Source: Eledone cirrhosa (Eukaryota). From it: a stretch of DNA of 64,000 nt. The stretch lies in NCBI GenBank assembly GCA_964016885.1, contig OZ024743.1, positions 239,506,001 through 239,570,000 of the forward strand, read 5' to 3'. Below, piece by piece: positions 28,681 through 44,452 of this stretch; the stretch's first letter is position 1, and every line of letters begins with the position of its first letter. The notes below the pieces were generated by a model that was given only the letters and a program-made list of their open reading frames with translations, did not search any database and was not told the origin of the DNA. The position numbers and the translations under genes are program-made.

Positions 28681-29415
28681 TTTTTTTTTTTTTTGCCCAT
28701 TTATTTCTGAGATTATAGTGGTGTCAGAGTCCTCAAACACTCCTTCCAGTGGGTTTTGTCAAAAGCAATTGTCTGCAACCGATCCGACTGGAACCTCGAG
28801 TGAAAGCAGCCAACTTCATGGATCCAACCATCTTGCTCCGTGTCTACTTTGAGGTCTCCTTCCGGCTGGTCTTGTCCGTAAAATATGTCTAACCATTATT
28901 TCTAACCACATGCCCGAAGTATCAGAGCTGTGATCTCTCAATTCCGAGAAGTAACGGCTCTACCAGATTGACTCTCTGATCTCCAAGCTACACACTTTAT
29001 CGAGTATCGTTACTCCAACGCCCCTTCGTAGGAACCCAATTTTGACCTCTTGTATTCGCAAAGATTCAGGACCATAGGTAAAGGTTGGCACAAATACTGA
29101 ATTGAAATTAGCGAGTTTGGCTTTTACATCTACCGCCCTTCTTCTGATTACCGAATGCTGAAGCTGGCGCATTACTACACCATCTCCTGCAGTTTTTGCA
29201 CATAATTCAGTCTCCTGCCTTCCATCAGTCGTGAACACCGCCCCGAGATATTTAAACTTCTCCATCTGCATCACGGGAACTCCACTTGGTAACTTGACTT
29301 TACTATGTTACAGTTCATTGCATGGTGCGAATAGGATTTATAAAACATCAAATGGTTATGGAGGTCTATCGGAGTAAAATAGTTTGAGAGCCATAGATAT
29401 ATTCATACACATACT

Positions 29416-29500
<85 letters not shown>

Positions 29501-29516
29501 ACACACATATATATAT

Positions 29517-29600
29517 ATAATGGGTGGTCAAGAATGAAATTTGTAGAAATTTCATGAACAAAAGCAAATTTCTACAAATTTGATACTTGACGACCCAATA
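29517..29600. mobile_element. Tiny mariner-type MITE (~84 bp, mostly inverted repeat)
   Basis: TAATGGGTGGTCAAG..AAATTTGTAGAAATTT pairs with AAATTTCTACAAATTT..CTTGACGACCCAATA; flanked by TA. Confidence 0.5.
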
Positions 29601-29655
29601 TATATACGCATACAAATACATATATGTGTGTGTGTGTGTGTATTTGTGTGTGTGT

Positions 29656-29709
<54 letters not shown>

Positions 29710-29796
29710 AAAAGGCAAACAGAAATAAGCAAGTAAACGACATCGTACAACGAAGAAATATATTATTAGCCTTACGCTTGATTTAGAGGAAAAGAT

Positions 29797-29832
29797 TGCT
29801 AAGGTTTCGGACACTGGTCCTTCATCAGTTAC
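29797..29832 (-). ncRNA. Degenerate minimal hammerhead motif
   Basis: Reverse complement CTGATGA-A-GGAC(CAGT)GTCC-GAAA-CC-TT; stems I and III damaged. Confidence 0.5.
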
Positions 29833-30318
29833 GAAAAAAAAAGTTCATCCAAGTTCCCATCTCTTGGAAAACTGCTGATTCTGGCATTGCTGTGTAAGTA
29901 GATCTTGTTTGAAAAGGCGGTGATCAAGCCTCTAGGTGAAAAGGAAAAATAAAATCGATTTGCGTATAGAGCCTGTAAACTTACGCTTGCGTGTGCATGT
30001 GTGTGTGTGTGTGTGTAGGTTTGTAATTTGTCCGTACGAAGGTACGAAGATGTGTGTGTATATATAAGTTTAAGAGTGAGTGTGTGTGTTTTGTTGTAAG
30101 TACGAAGATATGAGGATATATGTTAGGGGAACAGAAGCTAGGGGCATAGAGGTAAGGGTGAGCGTATGTCTACAAGATTAAAGAAATTATGAATGGGGAG
30201 TTCAGTCCATAAGGGAAACTGGACCTAAGGTGGAACATTAGGCTCTGATTATTCTAGGTGCGCGAAGCCAGCGGTCCCTGATGTATATATATTACACACA
30301 ATCATATACACCCGTGTA

Positions 30319-30411
<93 letters not shown>

Positions 30412-30420
30412 CTCTCTCTC

Positions 30421-30467
<47 letters not shown>

Positions 30468-30519
30468 AAATAGATTGTACATGGCTAGAACTGTTTCATT
30501 CCAAAGAAATATATATATA

Positions 30520-31440
30520 TTCGAGGATGGACTGAAAGATTCGTAGGCTGTCTATGAAGGAATGAGTCTAGAGCTGTGAAATCTTATATGAATTAATTTC
30601 AGCTCATCTTATTAATAACTGCATTGGATCTTTTCAGGGTAAACGGACATCTGAGTGTTTAAAGAGGACTTCAAAAGTAACTAATAGCGACTTCGCTTCA
30701 TAATGGACATTTAGCATCAAGGTGTTATCAAATACCTGCAGAAAAATGAGTTTAGCCCACAAGGACATTCATGCTGACATGATTTCTACATTAGTGGATG
30801 ACGCTCCAGCATTTTCAACAGTACAAAAGTGGGCACCTGAAGTTAGAATGGGAAGGGATAATCTTGAAAATAACCCACGGTCTGGACATCCTTCGTATGC
30901 ACAACTTGGCATAAGGAAGGTTTCTGCTCGGTAGATGCATGTCTTCTGACACATGATCAAAAGCGCACCAGGCTGCTCAGATCACGGGAAAATCTGACAT
31001 TGCTTTAGGCAGATCCAGCTGGTTTCCTTGAACGTTTCTTAACCTACGATGAGTGAAGTGTTCATCACTTTGACGCAGACAAAGAAACAGTACATGCAAT
31101 GGAAACAGCCGTCCTCATCGCCTCCAAAACAGGCTAAGATTGTTTCATCTGCAGGAAAGATAATGGCTTCAGATTTGAGGAATGCATAAGGCATTGAGTT
31201 TATTCACTATCTTCAAAGGTGCCACATTGTCAATGGAGAGTGCTATGCTATCTTTCTTACCCAGTTACGAAAGGCTATGAAAATAAAAGCATTCAGGAAA
31301 ATTGACGAAAGGAGCTTGTTTCATCCAGACAACACCCCATAACATACGTTCTTGGTTTCAATGGTTGTTATGCATGATTGTTATTTTGAGCTATTTCATC
31401 ACCGTCCCTATTCTCCTGATTTTGCCCCCATCTTACTAGC
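30520..31440 (+). mobile_element. Decayed mariner transposase, right end missing
   Basis: TVQKWA, PRSGHP, LGIRKVSAR, TYDE, FHPDNTP and HRPYSPDFAP (mariner YSPDLAP); left TIR resembles 18304. Confidence 0.8.
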
Positions 31441-32121
31441 ATATATATACGAATGGCCGACTATATGACGTCTACGTGTGATGTGCATAGAGTGAATGCA
31501 CACTATATGCGAAGACTGGCGAAAAATGACGGAGGCATGTTTCGATGGATGTGCAGTGTTAATAGGCATGAATATGTATCAATATGGATTTACATGTAGG
31601 TATGTGTGTGCGCTTCTTATATACCTATTTATTTATTTATATACGTTTATTAAAATATGCCTCTCTAACAAATTGCACACTATCTTAAACATTTATAACA
31701 ATTATAACATGCTTTAACACTCCACACAAAATATGTTTATTTCAGCTGCATTATAACTCTTTCCTCATACATGCCTTATTGACTGTATTGACTCCTGCTT
31801 TGTACACCGATTTTCCTTGCTTATAACTTTTTTGCATGTATTTATTTTTTTTTTGCTTGTGCTTTTTCGCTTATACCTCTTACACTTTCAACCAGTGCTG
31901 CCTGTAATTGTGTTCTTTCAAGCAGAACATCTTTTTAACTCGTGATTCTCCACATAATGCCTATGACACTAACAACAATTATGTACCCTAAATGTTCTAA
32001 ATGACTAGGATTTTAGTAGCATGTTTCGACATTCCCTATGCTCCGATGAAACCAGACTTTCCTCTGGAAGAAACAATTGTCAGCAAATAAATGTTCTAAA
32101 CTAAAATTTGATCGTTTTAAC

Positions 32122-32166
<45 letters not shown>

Positions 32167-33152
32167 CAAAATTTCATTCGCATACCACTTGTTTCTCTTG
32201 CAGTATAAGTCAAAACAATTGTAGTAACTTCATTAAAATTTAAACAATTTCTTATGTAACTATGTGGTTTTCAAGACAAAGAATTGTGCCACTCTCTCTC
32301 TAATATAGAGTTTTAAATATAGAATATAAAATATTAAAAATAATATGATCAAAAATAACTTAGTCGATTGTACGTAAATAGAAATTCAGTAAATTCTGTA
32401 AACAGCAGTCATGAGAGTCTGCTTTTCATACAAAGACGATAGTGAATTCGAAATTTCGTACCAGCGACGTTATTGGCAGTATCAGTAGAAAGTCGGACTC
32501 CATGCTTTGCAGCATAGAGTTACGTCCTTTTTCGGTCTTAGTTCAAATCCTGCAGAGCTTAACTTTGGGTTTCATCCTTACGGGGTCAATAAAATAAAGT
32601 ACCAGTAATGCACTAGGATAATTACTGGCCTTGTGCCAAAATTAGAAACATTTATCATATAATTTTATCTTTTATTTTTACACTTTATTCGTAAATTGTA
32701 TTTTTACTTTTATATTGTCTTATTTTTTACTTTTTATTTTTTATTCTTTACCTTCTATTTACTTGATATATTTACGTTTTGTGGTCGGTATGTAGCATGT
32801 ATAAACGCCAAATAATATATTGGGGAGAAATTGACATAAATTACTTTGTTTGTAAAAATCTCAAGAGCTCATTGCGTTGGAGTTGAAGCACATAGTTAAA
32901 TAAGAAACTACGTCCATATTTACTATGCAATAAAAATAGGTTTCGAGCTATACTCAGAACGAAACTCGTATTATGTGAATAAATCTTTGTTAATTAGTAA
33001 TTTCACTTTACAATTGTTAATACATAAAATCTACGACACCGGTGTGTTGGAAGTGGTCAATATTGCCTACACCTACAGCTGAATCTACAAGGTGTTGTTC
33101 AATTCAGTAACACCAGCATATGTTGCATTCTGACTATAAAATATATAGGTTT

Positions 33153-33187
<35 letters not shown>

Positions 33188-33212
33188 ACTGTCATATATA
33201 TATATATATATA

Positions 33213-34230
33213 TAATAACTAGAAATTGATTAACATAAATAAACATGAATAATCACAGGAGATAATTTTTACATGTGTGTAACCACACATTGCTAAATAG
33301 GTAAGTAAATAAAGTTGACCATAACTTCAAAAATAGGTACCTTATAATATGATTAATCTTCCCTGTATATATTCCATTAAAGAAATATATTTCACCAATT
33401 AATCGGATGGTAAACCACAGAAGTAGAGACTTGGATTTTCAACAAGGAAGAAGTTCCAGCGATCCGTGTTTACACTTCAAGTTCAAATCAGCGACTGGCC
33501 AGCACCACGTGTTATATTTACTAGAAATACACACATCATACTAGCTTCGTCCCAGTGGCGTGAATAGGGTCATCGACAACTAGAAACAGCAGTCGAGTCC
33601 TTTCAACAGAGTTAGCTCTACAATTAAGGAGCCGTATTTATATATCTATATCCAAAGTTAAGAAAAATCAAATGAATTTAATCTAAATCAACATTATGGG
33701 TGTCATGCAAGAAAGACATGCGCCATATCACCCGCAAAATAAGCTCTAAGATTCTAACGAGTAGGTCCGAGCATTTTAGAATAACTAGAAATTGATTAAC
33801 ATATAAATAAACATGAATAATCACAGGAGATAGTTTTTACAAGTGTGTAACCACACATAGCTAGATAGGTAAGTAAATAAAGTTGATCAGAACTTCAAAA
33901 ATAGATACCTTATAATATGATTAATCTTCCCTGTATATATTCCATTAAAGAAATCAAAGATTAATCATATTATAAGGTATCTATTTTTGAAGTTCTGGTC
34001 AACTTTATGTAGTTATCTACCTAGCTATGTGTGGTTACACACTTGTAAAAATTATCTCCTGTGATTATTCCTGTTTATTTATATGTTAATCAATTTCTAG
34101 TTATTATAAAATGCTCGGACCTACTCGTTAGAATCTTAGAGCTTATTTTGCGGGTGATATGGCGCATGTCTTTCTGGCATGACACCCATAATTTTGATTT
34201 AGATTAAATTCATTTGATTTATCTTAATTT

Positions 34231-34232
<2 letters not shown>
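33213..34232. repeat. Partial tandem plus ~275-bp inverted repeat (PLE-type geometry); diverged copy ~34965-35428
   Basis: 33213-33385 is repeated at 33781-33953; 33653-33928 is inverted at 33958-34232. Confidence 0.85.
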
Positions 34233-34319
<87 letters not shown>

Positions 34320-34857
34320 CAGTTATATATATGTAAATATATATAACAGTCAAGTCGGGGTTAAACATTTTCCTATTACCCACTCTACTACCCTAAATAT
34401 TGAGTACTCTCGTGCGTTATGGTCTATCTTGTTCCTTACCACACCTCCTTCGTTATATATATATTAAAATAAAAGATTAACGTTTAAGCAAAGAATCGTT
34501 GCTTTCAGCCTTAAACCATTCTTTGTTTAAACTGTAATCTGTTATATTAAAAAATATTTGCTCTAGGGTTCTTATATATTTGATACATATTCATCCTTAT
34601 CCAGCCCTCTTTGGATTTTAGTCTTCAAATTTATTATTATTAATATATATATATATAAGTATGTATACGTACATACATAATGTATACAGACGTACAGTAG
34701 TATGTATATATATACATACATGCACACATATATATGTACGTATGGATTTACCGAACATTTATTATAATGCTCGGTTTGTTTGTAAACAAACATCCCGAAT
34801 TAAGCCGTACAATGTTTAGCAACCATCGTTGCCCTTTTGTTCAACACTGACAAAGGA

Positions 34858-34900
34858 ACGATGTACTAGTTTCAAGCTTATTAGTTATCGTCAGCACCGT
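34858..34900 (-). ncRNA. Minimal hammerhead, second copy of the 13843 family
   Basis: Reverse complement ACGGTG-CTGACGA-TAACT(AATA)AGCTT-GAAA-CTAG-TA-CATCGT. Confidence 0.75.
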
Positions 34901-35424
34901 ATACCTTCCTGCCAGATGATTGAACGTCTGAAAATATATACTTTCCTTATGCATATTATCGGATCTCCAGCAAGGAGAAGATTCAACTATCTGCGTTTAC
35001 ACATCAAATGCAAATCTGCGAATGACGGGTCGCACGTGTTGCATCCCTAAAACTACACACATCGTGCCAGCGTCATCCCAGTGGCGTGAATAGGGTATCG
35101 ACAGCTAGAAATAGCAGCCGAATCCTTTCAACTGAGTTAACTCTACAATTAAGGGGCCGTGTATATATCCAAAATTTAGTTAAATTAAGGGAGTCATGAC
35201 CGAGACATACGCCATATCCACCGCAGAATAAGCTCAAAGATTCCAATAAATAGATCCGAGCATTTTATATCAACTAGAAATTGATTGACATATATATATA
35301 TTTAAAATAAACACATGAAACAATCACAGGGGATAATTTGTACTGTTTGTAAGCAATCATAGCTAGGTAGGTAACTAATTAAAGTTTAACTAGAACTTCA
35401 AATATTACCTTTTAAAAATGATTA

Positions 35425-35714
35425 ATCAAATCCTCTACCTCCTTCACTGTATCTCTCACCAAAACTATGTCGTCGGCAAATTCAGCATCCGATATCTGTT
35501 TCGCCTTAACTCTCCTGCTCTGAGTCGGTGTTACAGTAAAGCCAGAGTCCTGGTGTTCTCCCGTGCAAAATAGTGGACCTGATGTCACCGCTCTACACCA
35601 ACACCAAAACCCAAGTCATTACAACTGATGGGATGACAGAGTTCTTTGAGATACTGGCTGCAGTGCTCCAGGGAGATACATTGGCTCCCTACTTTTTTAT
35701 CATCGTAGTGGACT

Positions 35715-35720
<6 letters not shown>
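35425..35720. mobile_element. RTE fragment with internal inversion; reverse-complement copy of 37573-37868
   Basis: Minus-strand FADDI segment fused to a plus-strand LQGDTLAPY segment. Confidence 0.8.
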
Positions 35721-35761
<41 letters not shown>

Positions 35762-35815
35762 CGTTTCTGAATTTGTTTACCAACATTCTTTATCTGAAAA
35801 CGTGTGTTGAAACCG

Positions 35816-36196
35816 ATATTGTTATACTTTGGGAGGGTCATGTTGCAAATAAGAAACACACGCACCAGTTGTTTTCACTCCAATTTATTATAAATTTCCG
35901 GTTGGTTGGTTGGTTCCACAACCGAACGGTTGTTCATAAATTGTCAGTGTTCTTTCGTCACACATTCTGTGACCTCTTCAGTGACTGGGGATTCTTTTCT
36001 TCGTTTTTGTGTCTCCCCTTTGTTCTGTCCTACGCCATCTTCACTTTGACAATATATGGTTGTGGAACCAACCAACCAACCGGAAATTTATAAATTCTTA
36101 AATTTATAAATTTAATTTATAATAAATTGGAGTGAAAGCATCTGGTGCGTGTGTTTCTTATTAGCAAGATGACCCTCCCAAAAGCATAACAATATA
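35816..36196. repeat. Fold-back element with a degenerate HHR on the minus strand (35943-35985); family also at 46535-46710 and ~23260-23420
   Basis: Arms 35816-35950 and 36042-36196; reverse complement GTCA-CTGAAGA-G-GTCACA(GAATG)TGTGAC-GAAA-GAAC-AC-TGAC. Confidence 0.75.
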
Positions 36197-36201
36197 TATA
36201 C

Positions 36202-37138
36202 GATGTCACGTGATTAATTCTTTTGAATTTGCCACCGACCAAGTAGGCAGTGATTTTTTCAATGTCTTGGAATTTAGTCCACGCTTGCTTTTTTCCATCC
36301 ACTGAATTATTTTTGTATAAGTTCCCTGTCTCCACGCATCGCCTGGTAACTTAGCTGAGAATGAGCTTCCTGATGACGAAAGGTTTCTCCATGCGTTCCA
36401 TTCGGAAACCATGTGTATTCCCTTTCAGAAACTAAATAGTTGGAGTGAAATTTTAGTAAGTAAGTTAATTTTTATAATTTTCTTATGTTACGTCTTTCAT
36501 ATAATTGTTCTGCATCCCCTTGCATTGAACCACAAAGTTACTAAGACAAGCCTATATATTTGCTAGCATAGGTATGCATCTGTATATATATGTTGGTAGA
36601 TATACTAAATCTTTATAATTATCTCCAAATTATTTTGTTGAGCAAAAATTTGCCAAAATCGCTACTATAGTTCATAGTAATGGCTCGGCCACTGTCTTTT
36701 TAACACCCCACTCCTCACTGATTAACCTCGATGTCACGTGATTAATTCTTTTGAATTTGCCACCGACCAAGTAGGCAGTGATTTTTTCAATGTCTTGGAA
36801 TTTGGTCACGCTTGCTTTTTTCCATCCACTGAATTATTTTTGTATAAGTTCCCTGTGTCCACGCATCGCCTGGTAACTTAGCTGAGAATGAGCTTCCTGA
36901 TGACGAAAGGTTTCTCCATGCGTTCCATTCGGAAAACCATGTTTATTCCCTTTAAGAAACTAGTTAGTTGGAGTGAAATTTTAGTAAGTAAGTTAATTTT
37001 TATAATTTTCTTATTTTACGTCTTTCATATAATTGTTCTGCATCCCCTTGCATTGAAACACAAAGTTACTAAGACAAACCTATATATTTGCTAGCATAGG
37101 TATGCATCTGTATATATATGTTGGTAGATATACTAATT

Positions 37139-37143
<5 letters not shown>
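36202..37143 (+). mobile_element. Two ~415-bp direct repeats (period 528) each with an HHR-like core
   Basis: 36202-36615 matches 36730-37143; CTGATGA-CGAAAGG..CCATTCG-GAAA at 36370 and 36897; no clear stem I. Confidence 0.7.
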
Positions 37144-37221
<78 letters not shown>

Positions 37222-37478
37222 GTATGACCACGAGGGCAGAGCTCAAGCCGACGGCTATTTCAGGACACGTCCAGAAATAGCCGTCGAAACGGCTTGAGCT
37301 CTGCCGTCAGTGTCATACCTTTTCTATTTCCCACTCTACTACCCTAAGTATTGAGTACTCGTGCGTTATGGTCCATCTGGTTCCTTAACACAATTCCTTC
37401 ATTATATATATACATAGTAATAATAATAAACTTGAAGACTAAAATCCAAAGAGGGCTGGATAAGGATAAATATATATG

Positions 37479-38675
<1,197 letters not shown>

Positions 38676-39394
38676 TGTGTGTGTATACAGAGAGCTTTGT
38701 TTTCATATTTTATAACATATTTTTATAAGCATTTCCATATCTTCTTGGAAATAATTCAAGTGTAATTTAGCATTGCCACATTATATTCCTGCATATTAAT
38801 ATGCAGACGATAACATGGCGGCATTCATGTAGTTAATAAGATGTTAATTTTAATGATGCACATTCGCCAAAGAGGCATAACCTATAAATGTGCTTCAGTT
38901 AATAACAATTACAGAATTCAACCTAAAGTGCATTTTATGAAATTGCATAAAAAATTCATTGAACATTCAGAACTAGCGTGAATTTTTCAATAAAATCATT
39001 TTATTATTAACTTTCATTTAACGTTATTTAAGTTATGTAGTTTATAAAATGGGAATATTAAAATTATTGCAGCGTATTTCCAAATGACCACATAGGGTGT
39101 AAATGTTTGATAAAAGAGTACTTAAAAAGATCAAGGTCTATTCGCTTGCGTTCTGATAATGAATTCCAGTGTGAACAATGTATGTTTCTTCTCAATTCCG
39201 CCATGTGATACACGAACAACATTATGGATACCTAGATACCGTTGGCATAATGATATTCACCAAAGTAAAGTAGCAATTCCAAAATTTACAAGTACATAAC
39301 AATGTACTTGCGAAAAAACAAAATATAACAATCCAACCGAGTTGAAATATGATTCATTGATATTTTAATTATCTAATCAAATTATAGAAAATGT

Positions 39395-39435
<41 letters not shown>

Positions 39436-39889
39436 ATTAGAAAAGGGAAGTAAGGTTCTATACAAAACAGTGGATATAGAGAAAAGGTGAAGATGGAAAT
39501 AGCACGGAATATATATTTAAGGATCTATTTTTCTTTTTTTATTCGTCAAAGTGACATTATTGAAGAGATAATATTATTGAAAAAATGAGAGGGACAATTC
39601 TTTTTAAAAAAACTTTTATAATGTATATAAAGTATATAAAGTATTTCCGGTTTCGATGTATTATTAAAATTCATCTCATGAAATGTTGAGTATTGAAATA
39701 AAAATTAGAAAAGAATTAATAGGAGTTAAAAACTAAAAATTAAGGTTTTAAAATTAAAATCTAATGTTGGAGTAAGTTTTATTCCATCCTTCTTAATAAA
39801 AATATGTGTGGTAAGTGAAGATAGAAGTAGCTGTGTTTCTTCACAGAACAAAGTTGCTATTTTAAAACATCCGCTGTGTGTATATCTGA

Positions 39890-42800
39890 TTGAACTCTTG
39901 ACCAGTCAATTAACACAATCAATTAACACAACTACAAATATAAATGAGAAAATCCTTAAAGTTCTACAAGAGATAAACGGGAAACACACAATCCTTACAG
40001 AAATACTTGATAAACCACAAAACTCCACACTGGCTGATAACAACGAAGACAATTCTACCACAACCAATAACCAATTCAACCTAAACATTCAGCACTGATG
40101 CAACTCCATGGAAAAAAACTTATAAACGTCAGAACAGAACAAGAAACCTCACACCACATTAAAAACAAAATTGGACACTTTTTGAAAAAACAATTGAAAA
40201 CAAGAAAATTCACTTTCTGGAATATGGTGAAAAATATGAACAAAGCTGGAATCTATGAAAAATGGACCAACTCCACACCAATAATCTTACTCCGTAAATT
40301 CCAAATAAAACCCATAACTAATGAACCTGGACAACAACGGAAACTACGAGAAAAAATGTCACTCAACAAAATAAATATGGAAATAGATCTCTTAAAACTA
40401 AGAACCACCTCCAATGAACAAAAATACCAGGATATCGACCAACAAATGGAAACAGAATGTGCGAAACACACTGAGGGAACCAACCCTACACATTTTAATT
40501 AAATCCTGGAAACAGTATTGCGAGAATGCACAATTAATCTCATTAAAACGATGGGAAAAATATGAAAATTGGTTCCTTAAATATGAAGAGAATTTCAAAG
40601 CAATGCATCACATCGATAACCCCTTTACAAAGAAATTAAACAAAACAAAAACCCCCTCAGTAACATGTATACTTCCAACCCCAGCACACATAAACCACAG
40701 ACAAAACCCCACTCTACACAGACCAAATACAACCGACTACAGCAGAAGAAACATACCCAACCACCACAACATAGGTATCCACAATAATATCCCCTACAGA
40801 ACCCAACCCTAAAACAACATAGAACTAACCCGCAACACAAACACCATACACTCCAGAAGAAACCCACACAGACTACATGAAATCCCAACAAAACCTTTCC
40901 ACATTAACAATTACAACAGGTATTACCCTCAACACTACAAAAAAACAACCCCACAACATCAACACTATGTATCCCAGAAAGAACCCACCCAGACCAGATG
41001 AACCCTTACACATTAACAACTACAACAGATACCACCCCCATCATCTCATTAACTCTCATGAAAAAACAAACTACATACCCATACAAAACAGACAAGCGGA
41101 CTACAATTACAACCAAAACAACATTCCTTTTTTATGATCAAGACTGAAATACCAGGACACCCGATAGCCCCCACTCATGAGAAGCCGAAGTTAATTAAAC
41201 TTTCAAAGATATCACTAACACACAAATTAACATATTAAGTAAGGGACTGAAATTTCCACCCACACCACAAAAATCTAACTTCCCCGAAATGAAAGATGAC
41301 ATCATGGAATTCTGCCAAAAGCTCATACTAATAGAATACTTTTCCAATGACACCAACACTGAAGGCGAATCAATAGTCAGAAATAAAAGTGATTTCTGCC
41401 CACAGAAAGAGACGAACACAGCACTGGACACCTACTGCGAACGCACCATAAACAAATTACAAATAAACACACGAAATCGAACCTCTCCAAACACGAATGG
41501 GAAGAATTATTTACACTGCGAAATAACACTGAAATAACCATCAAAAAGCCGATAAAGGGAACAATGTGGTCATTATGGACACTGACTACTATAGAGACCT
41601 GGCACTCAAAATCTTAGACGACAACAGGTACTATGAAAAAACAGTAAACTACAAACAAACTAAAACAATGGGGAACCACCTAGCATTACTACAAAAATGC
41701 CGCAGTAACCTAACCACAAAAGAATTTGAATACATATACCATTTCAAATGTAATACGAGTGCTTTCTACGGCTTACTGAAGATACATAAATGTAAACTCA
41801 TAAGCAATGCGTTCGACACTTCGACTAACAAATACATGCAATTAACACCACCAGAAGACTTAAAACTCAGACCAATTATAGCAGGCCCTGCATGTGAAAC
41901 CCACAGACTTAGCAACTTCCTGGACATCCTACTAAAACCCTTACTAAAACATATACAGAGCTACATACGGGATGACCTTGATATGCTAAAGCACCTACCC
42001 AATACAGTAAGTTAAAACACTATTCTTGTTTCCTTTGACGTAGTAAACCTCTACACTAACATACCCCATAACTATGGAATAACAGCAATCCAGTACTGGC
42101 CAGACACTCACCAACCTGAAATACCAACACGCATCAACAAAAACTTCATTATTGATGGACTCCAATTTATCTTACAGAATAATTTTATTACTTTCAATGA
42201 CTCAACATACCGACAAATGTCACGCACTGTAATGGGCACAAAGGTAGCCCCCACATACGCCAACTTAGTCATGGGATTCGACGAACAACAAATCTACAAC
42301 CAATCCCTTATATTATTCGGAGACTCTTTCCTTACACATCTCAAAAATAATTGGAAGAGATACTTAGACGATTGTTTCATACTATGGCAGGAAGACATGA
42401 ATACACTCACCCTTTTTCAAAAATATGATTAACAACACTAACAATAATATACAATTCACAATGGAATCTAACTCCAAGGATATTCTCATTCTAAAAACAG
42501 ATGGGAAAATAGAAACAGACATCTTTTATAAGCCCATGGACTGCAAACAGTACCTCCTATTCACATCAAATCCCCCAAAACATACAAAACTTAACATTCC
42601 TTTTAATTTAGCCAAACCTATATGCACCATAGTATCAGACCCAACTAAACGGGAACAAAGACTAAATGAACTCAAAAACACATTTACCTTAAGAGCCTTC
42701 CCACTTGACATAATTAATAACGGAATAGACAAAGCAAAACACTCAAATTTTCATCAACCCAACAACCCAAAGTACAGATCCACAAACAATACCTTACCAT

Positions 42801-43607
42801 ATGTATCCACGTTCAACCTCAGAAACACCGAAATGTTCGACCTCCTACACAAAAACCTCCCCATTCTATTTAAAGATGAAAAAATGAAAAGAATTCTAGA
42901 AACACACAAGATCATCGAAAGCAAAAGGCCACCAAAATCACTAAAACATATTCTCCAACCTTACGGTAACAAAATGCGGAAGAACAAACTGTGGAACATG
43001 CCAATAGTTAACTGAAGGACATAAATTTACGTTTAAAGATGGTCAAAGTGAAAAACAACTTCATTTGAAACTCGGAGAACCTGATCTATGTAATCACATG
43101 CGTTGGCTGTCGACATAACTATATAGGACAGACGTGATGTCATTACGCAAAAGAATAACCATTAAATCACCAACAAATCCGAGACGAAAACAAAAGAAAC
43201 ATTCCCTTAAGTAACCACATTGCAGACTGTGCAGGAATGACTCTACCCAACTTTAAAATCTTCCCCCCTTTACAGGTGCTCCGATTCTTCCACTAAACAA
43301 CAAAGAATAAATAAGGAAAAACTATTTATTAACAAATTTAAACAAAAACTAAACATGTAATCACCCCCACCCCCACCCCCATTAGATCCGCACCCTCACA
43401 CACACATCACAAAATAATTTTTAGTTTTTGACAATTTGGTGAATTTTTTTTTTTTTATATTTTTCACCACAAAGGGATCTGTGACAAACAGGCTGAAAAA
43501 CACACACACACCACAACCCCCTTCCCTCACACATATATGTGCATTGTTATATATATATATATAGAGAGAGAGATAGATAGATAGATAGATAAATCTACCA
43601 AAATATA

Positions 43608-43672
<65 letters not shown>

Positions 43673-43925
43673 GCACACACCACAAAATAAGAGAGAAAAA
43701 ATTACTCATAGCAGAAGTTACGGTCCGTACTACTGATACTCAACTCTGGCTTTGTTTAAAGATTTTTTTTAATTTTTTAATTTTTAGATTCCGAGAATCC
43801 TTTGGATGTTAGATTTTTGTTTTTGACAATTTCTGAATTTTGAAGAAAACAATTTCTTAATTTCCCACCACAAAGGGACTGTGACAGACAGACTGAAAAA
43901 CACACACATGTGTGTATTGTTATAT
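39890..43925 (+). mobile_element. Near full-length decayed Penelope-like element (RT + C-terminal GIY-YIG, Neptune-like)
   Basis: ADKG..VVIMD, FYGLLKIHK, RPIIAGP, FDVVNLYTNIP, MGTKVAPTYANL, RYLDDCF, FTME, DIFYKP, linker CGRTNCGTC and NLIYVITCVGCRHNYIGQT; many frameshifts; 3' partial direct repeat 43415-43550/43815-43925. Confidence 0.9.
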
Positions 43926-43957
43926 ATACATCCTCACACTATATATATATATATAGC

Positions 43958-44421
43958 AAGAATATTTTCGAAACAGCGAGCGAGTTTGAAATTATAAATA
44001 AATATAAGCTATCGCCGTATTTTGACTGAAGAAATTAAAGAAATTATTTAGCCTGATATTGGGGTTAAGAACCCTCGGAGAAATGGAAAAAGTTGAGTAT
44101 TGACGTACATGGGAGTCGAACCCACATCTTTGGTTATCCAGATCACTGTGCCACCATTACACCAACACATCACCCGTGTTCTTTCATTCAAATTAGAAGC
44201 TATAATCTTAGCAACTGTAATGTCAAGTAAGAATATTTTCGAAACAGCGAGCGAGTTTGAAATTAATAAAATAAATAAAAGCTATCGCGTGGGTTCGACT
44301 CCCATGTACGTCAATACTCATCTTTTTCCATTTCTCCGAGGGTTCTTAACCCCACTATCAGGCTAAATAATTTCTTTAATTTCTTTAGTCAAAATACGGC
44401 GATAGCTTATATTTATTTATA

Positions 44422-44423
<2 letters not shown>
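43958..44423. repeat. Fold-back element containing an antisense tRNA-like module; related element 46860-47119
   Basis: Inverted arms 43991-44124 and 44290-44423; reverse complement of 44101-44174 has TGGTGTAATGG and GGTTCGACTCC. Confidence 0.75.

Positions 44424-44451
<28 letters not shown>

Positions 44452-44452
<1 letters not shown>

Noticed and set aside
28558-28740. Poly-lysine ORF
   Set aside because: Explained by (CTT)n plus poly-T.
39644-39690. HHR on the minus strand (GATG..CATC-GAAACCGG)
   Set aside because: CTGA and the UH site are missing; at most a relic.
44101-44174. Functional tRNA gene
   Set aside because: Anticodon arm is broken and it lies in a rearranged repeat; kept only as a tRNA-like module.
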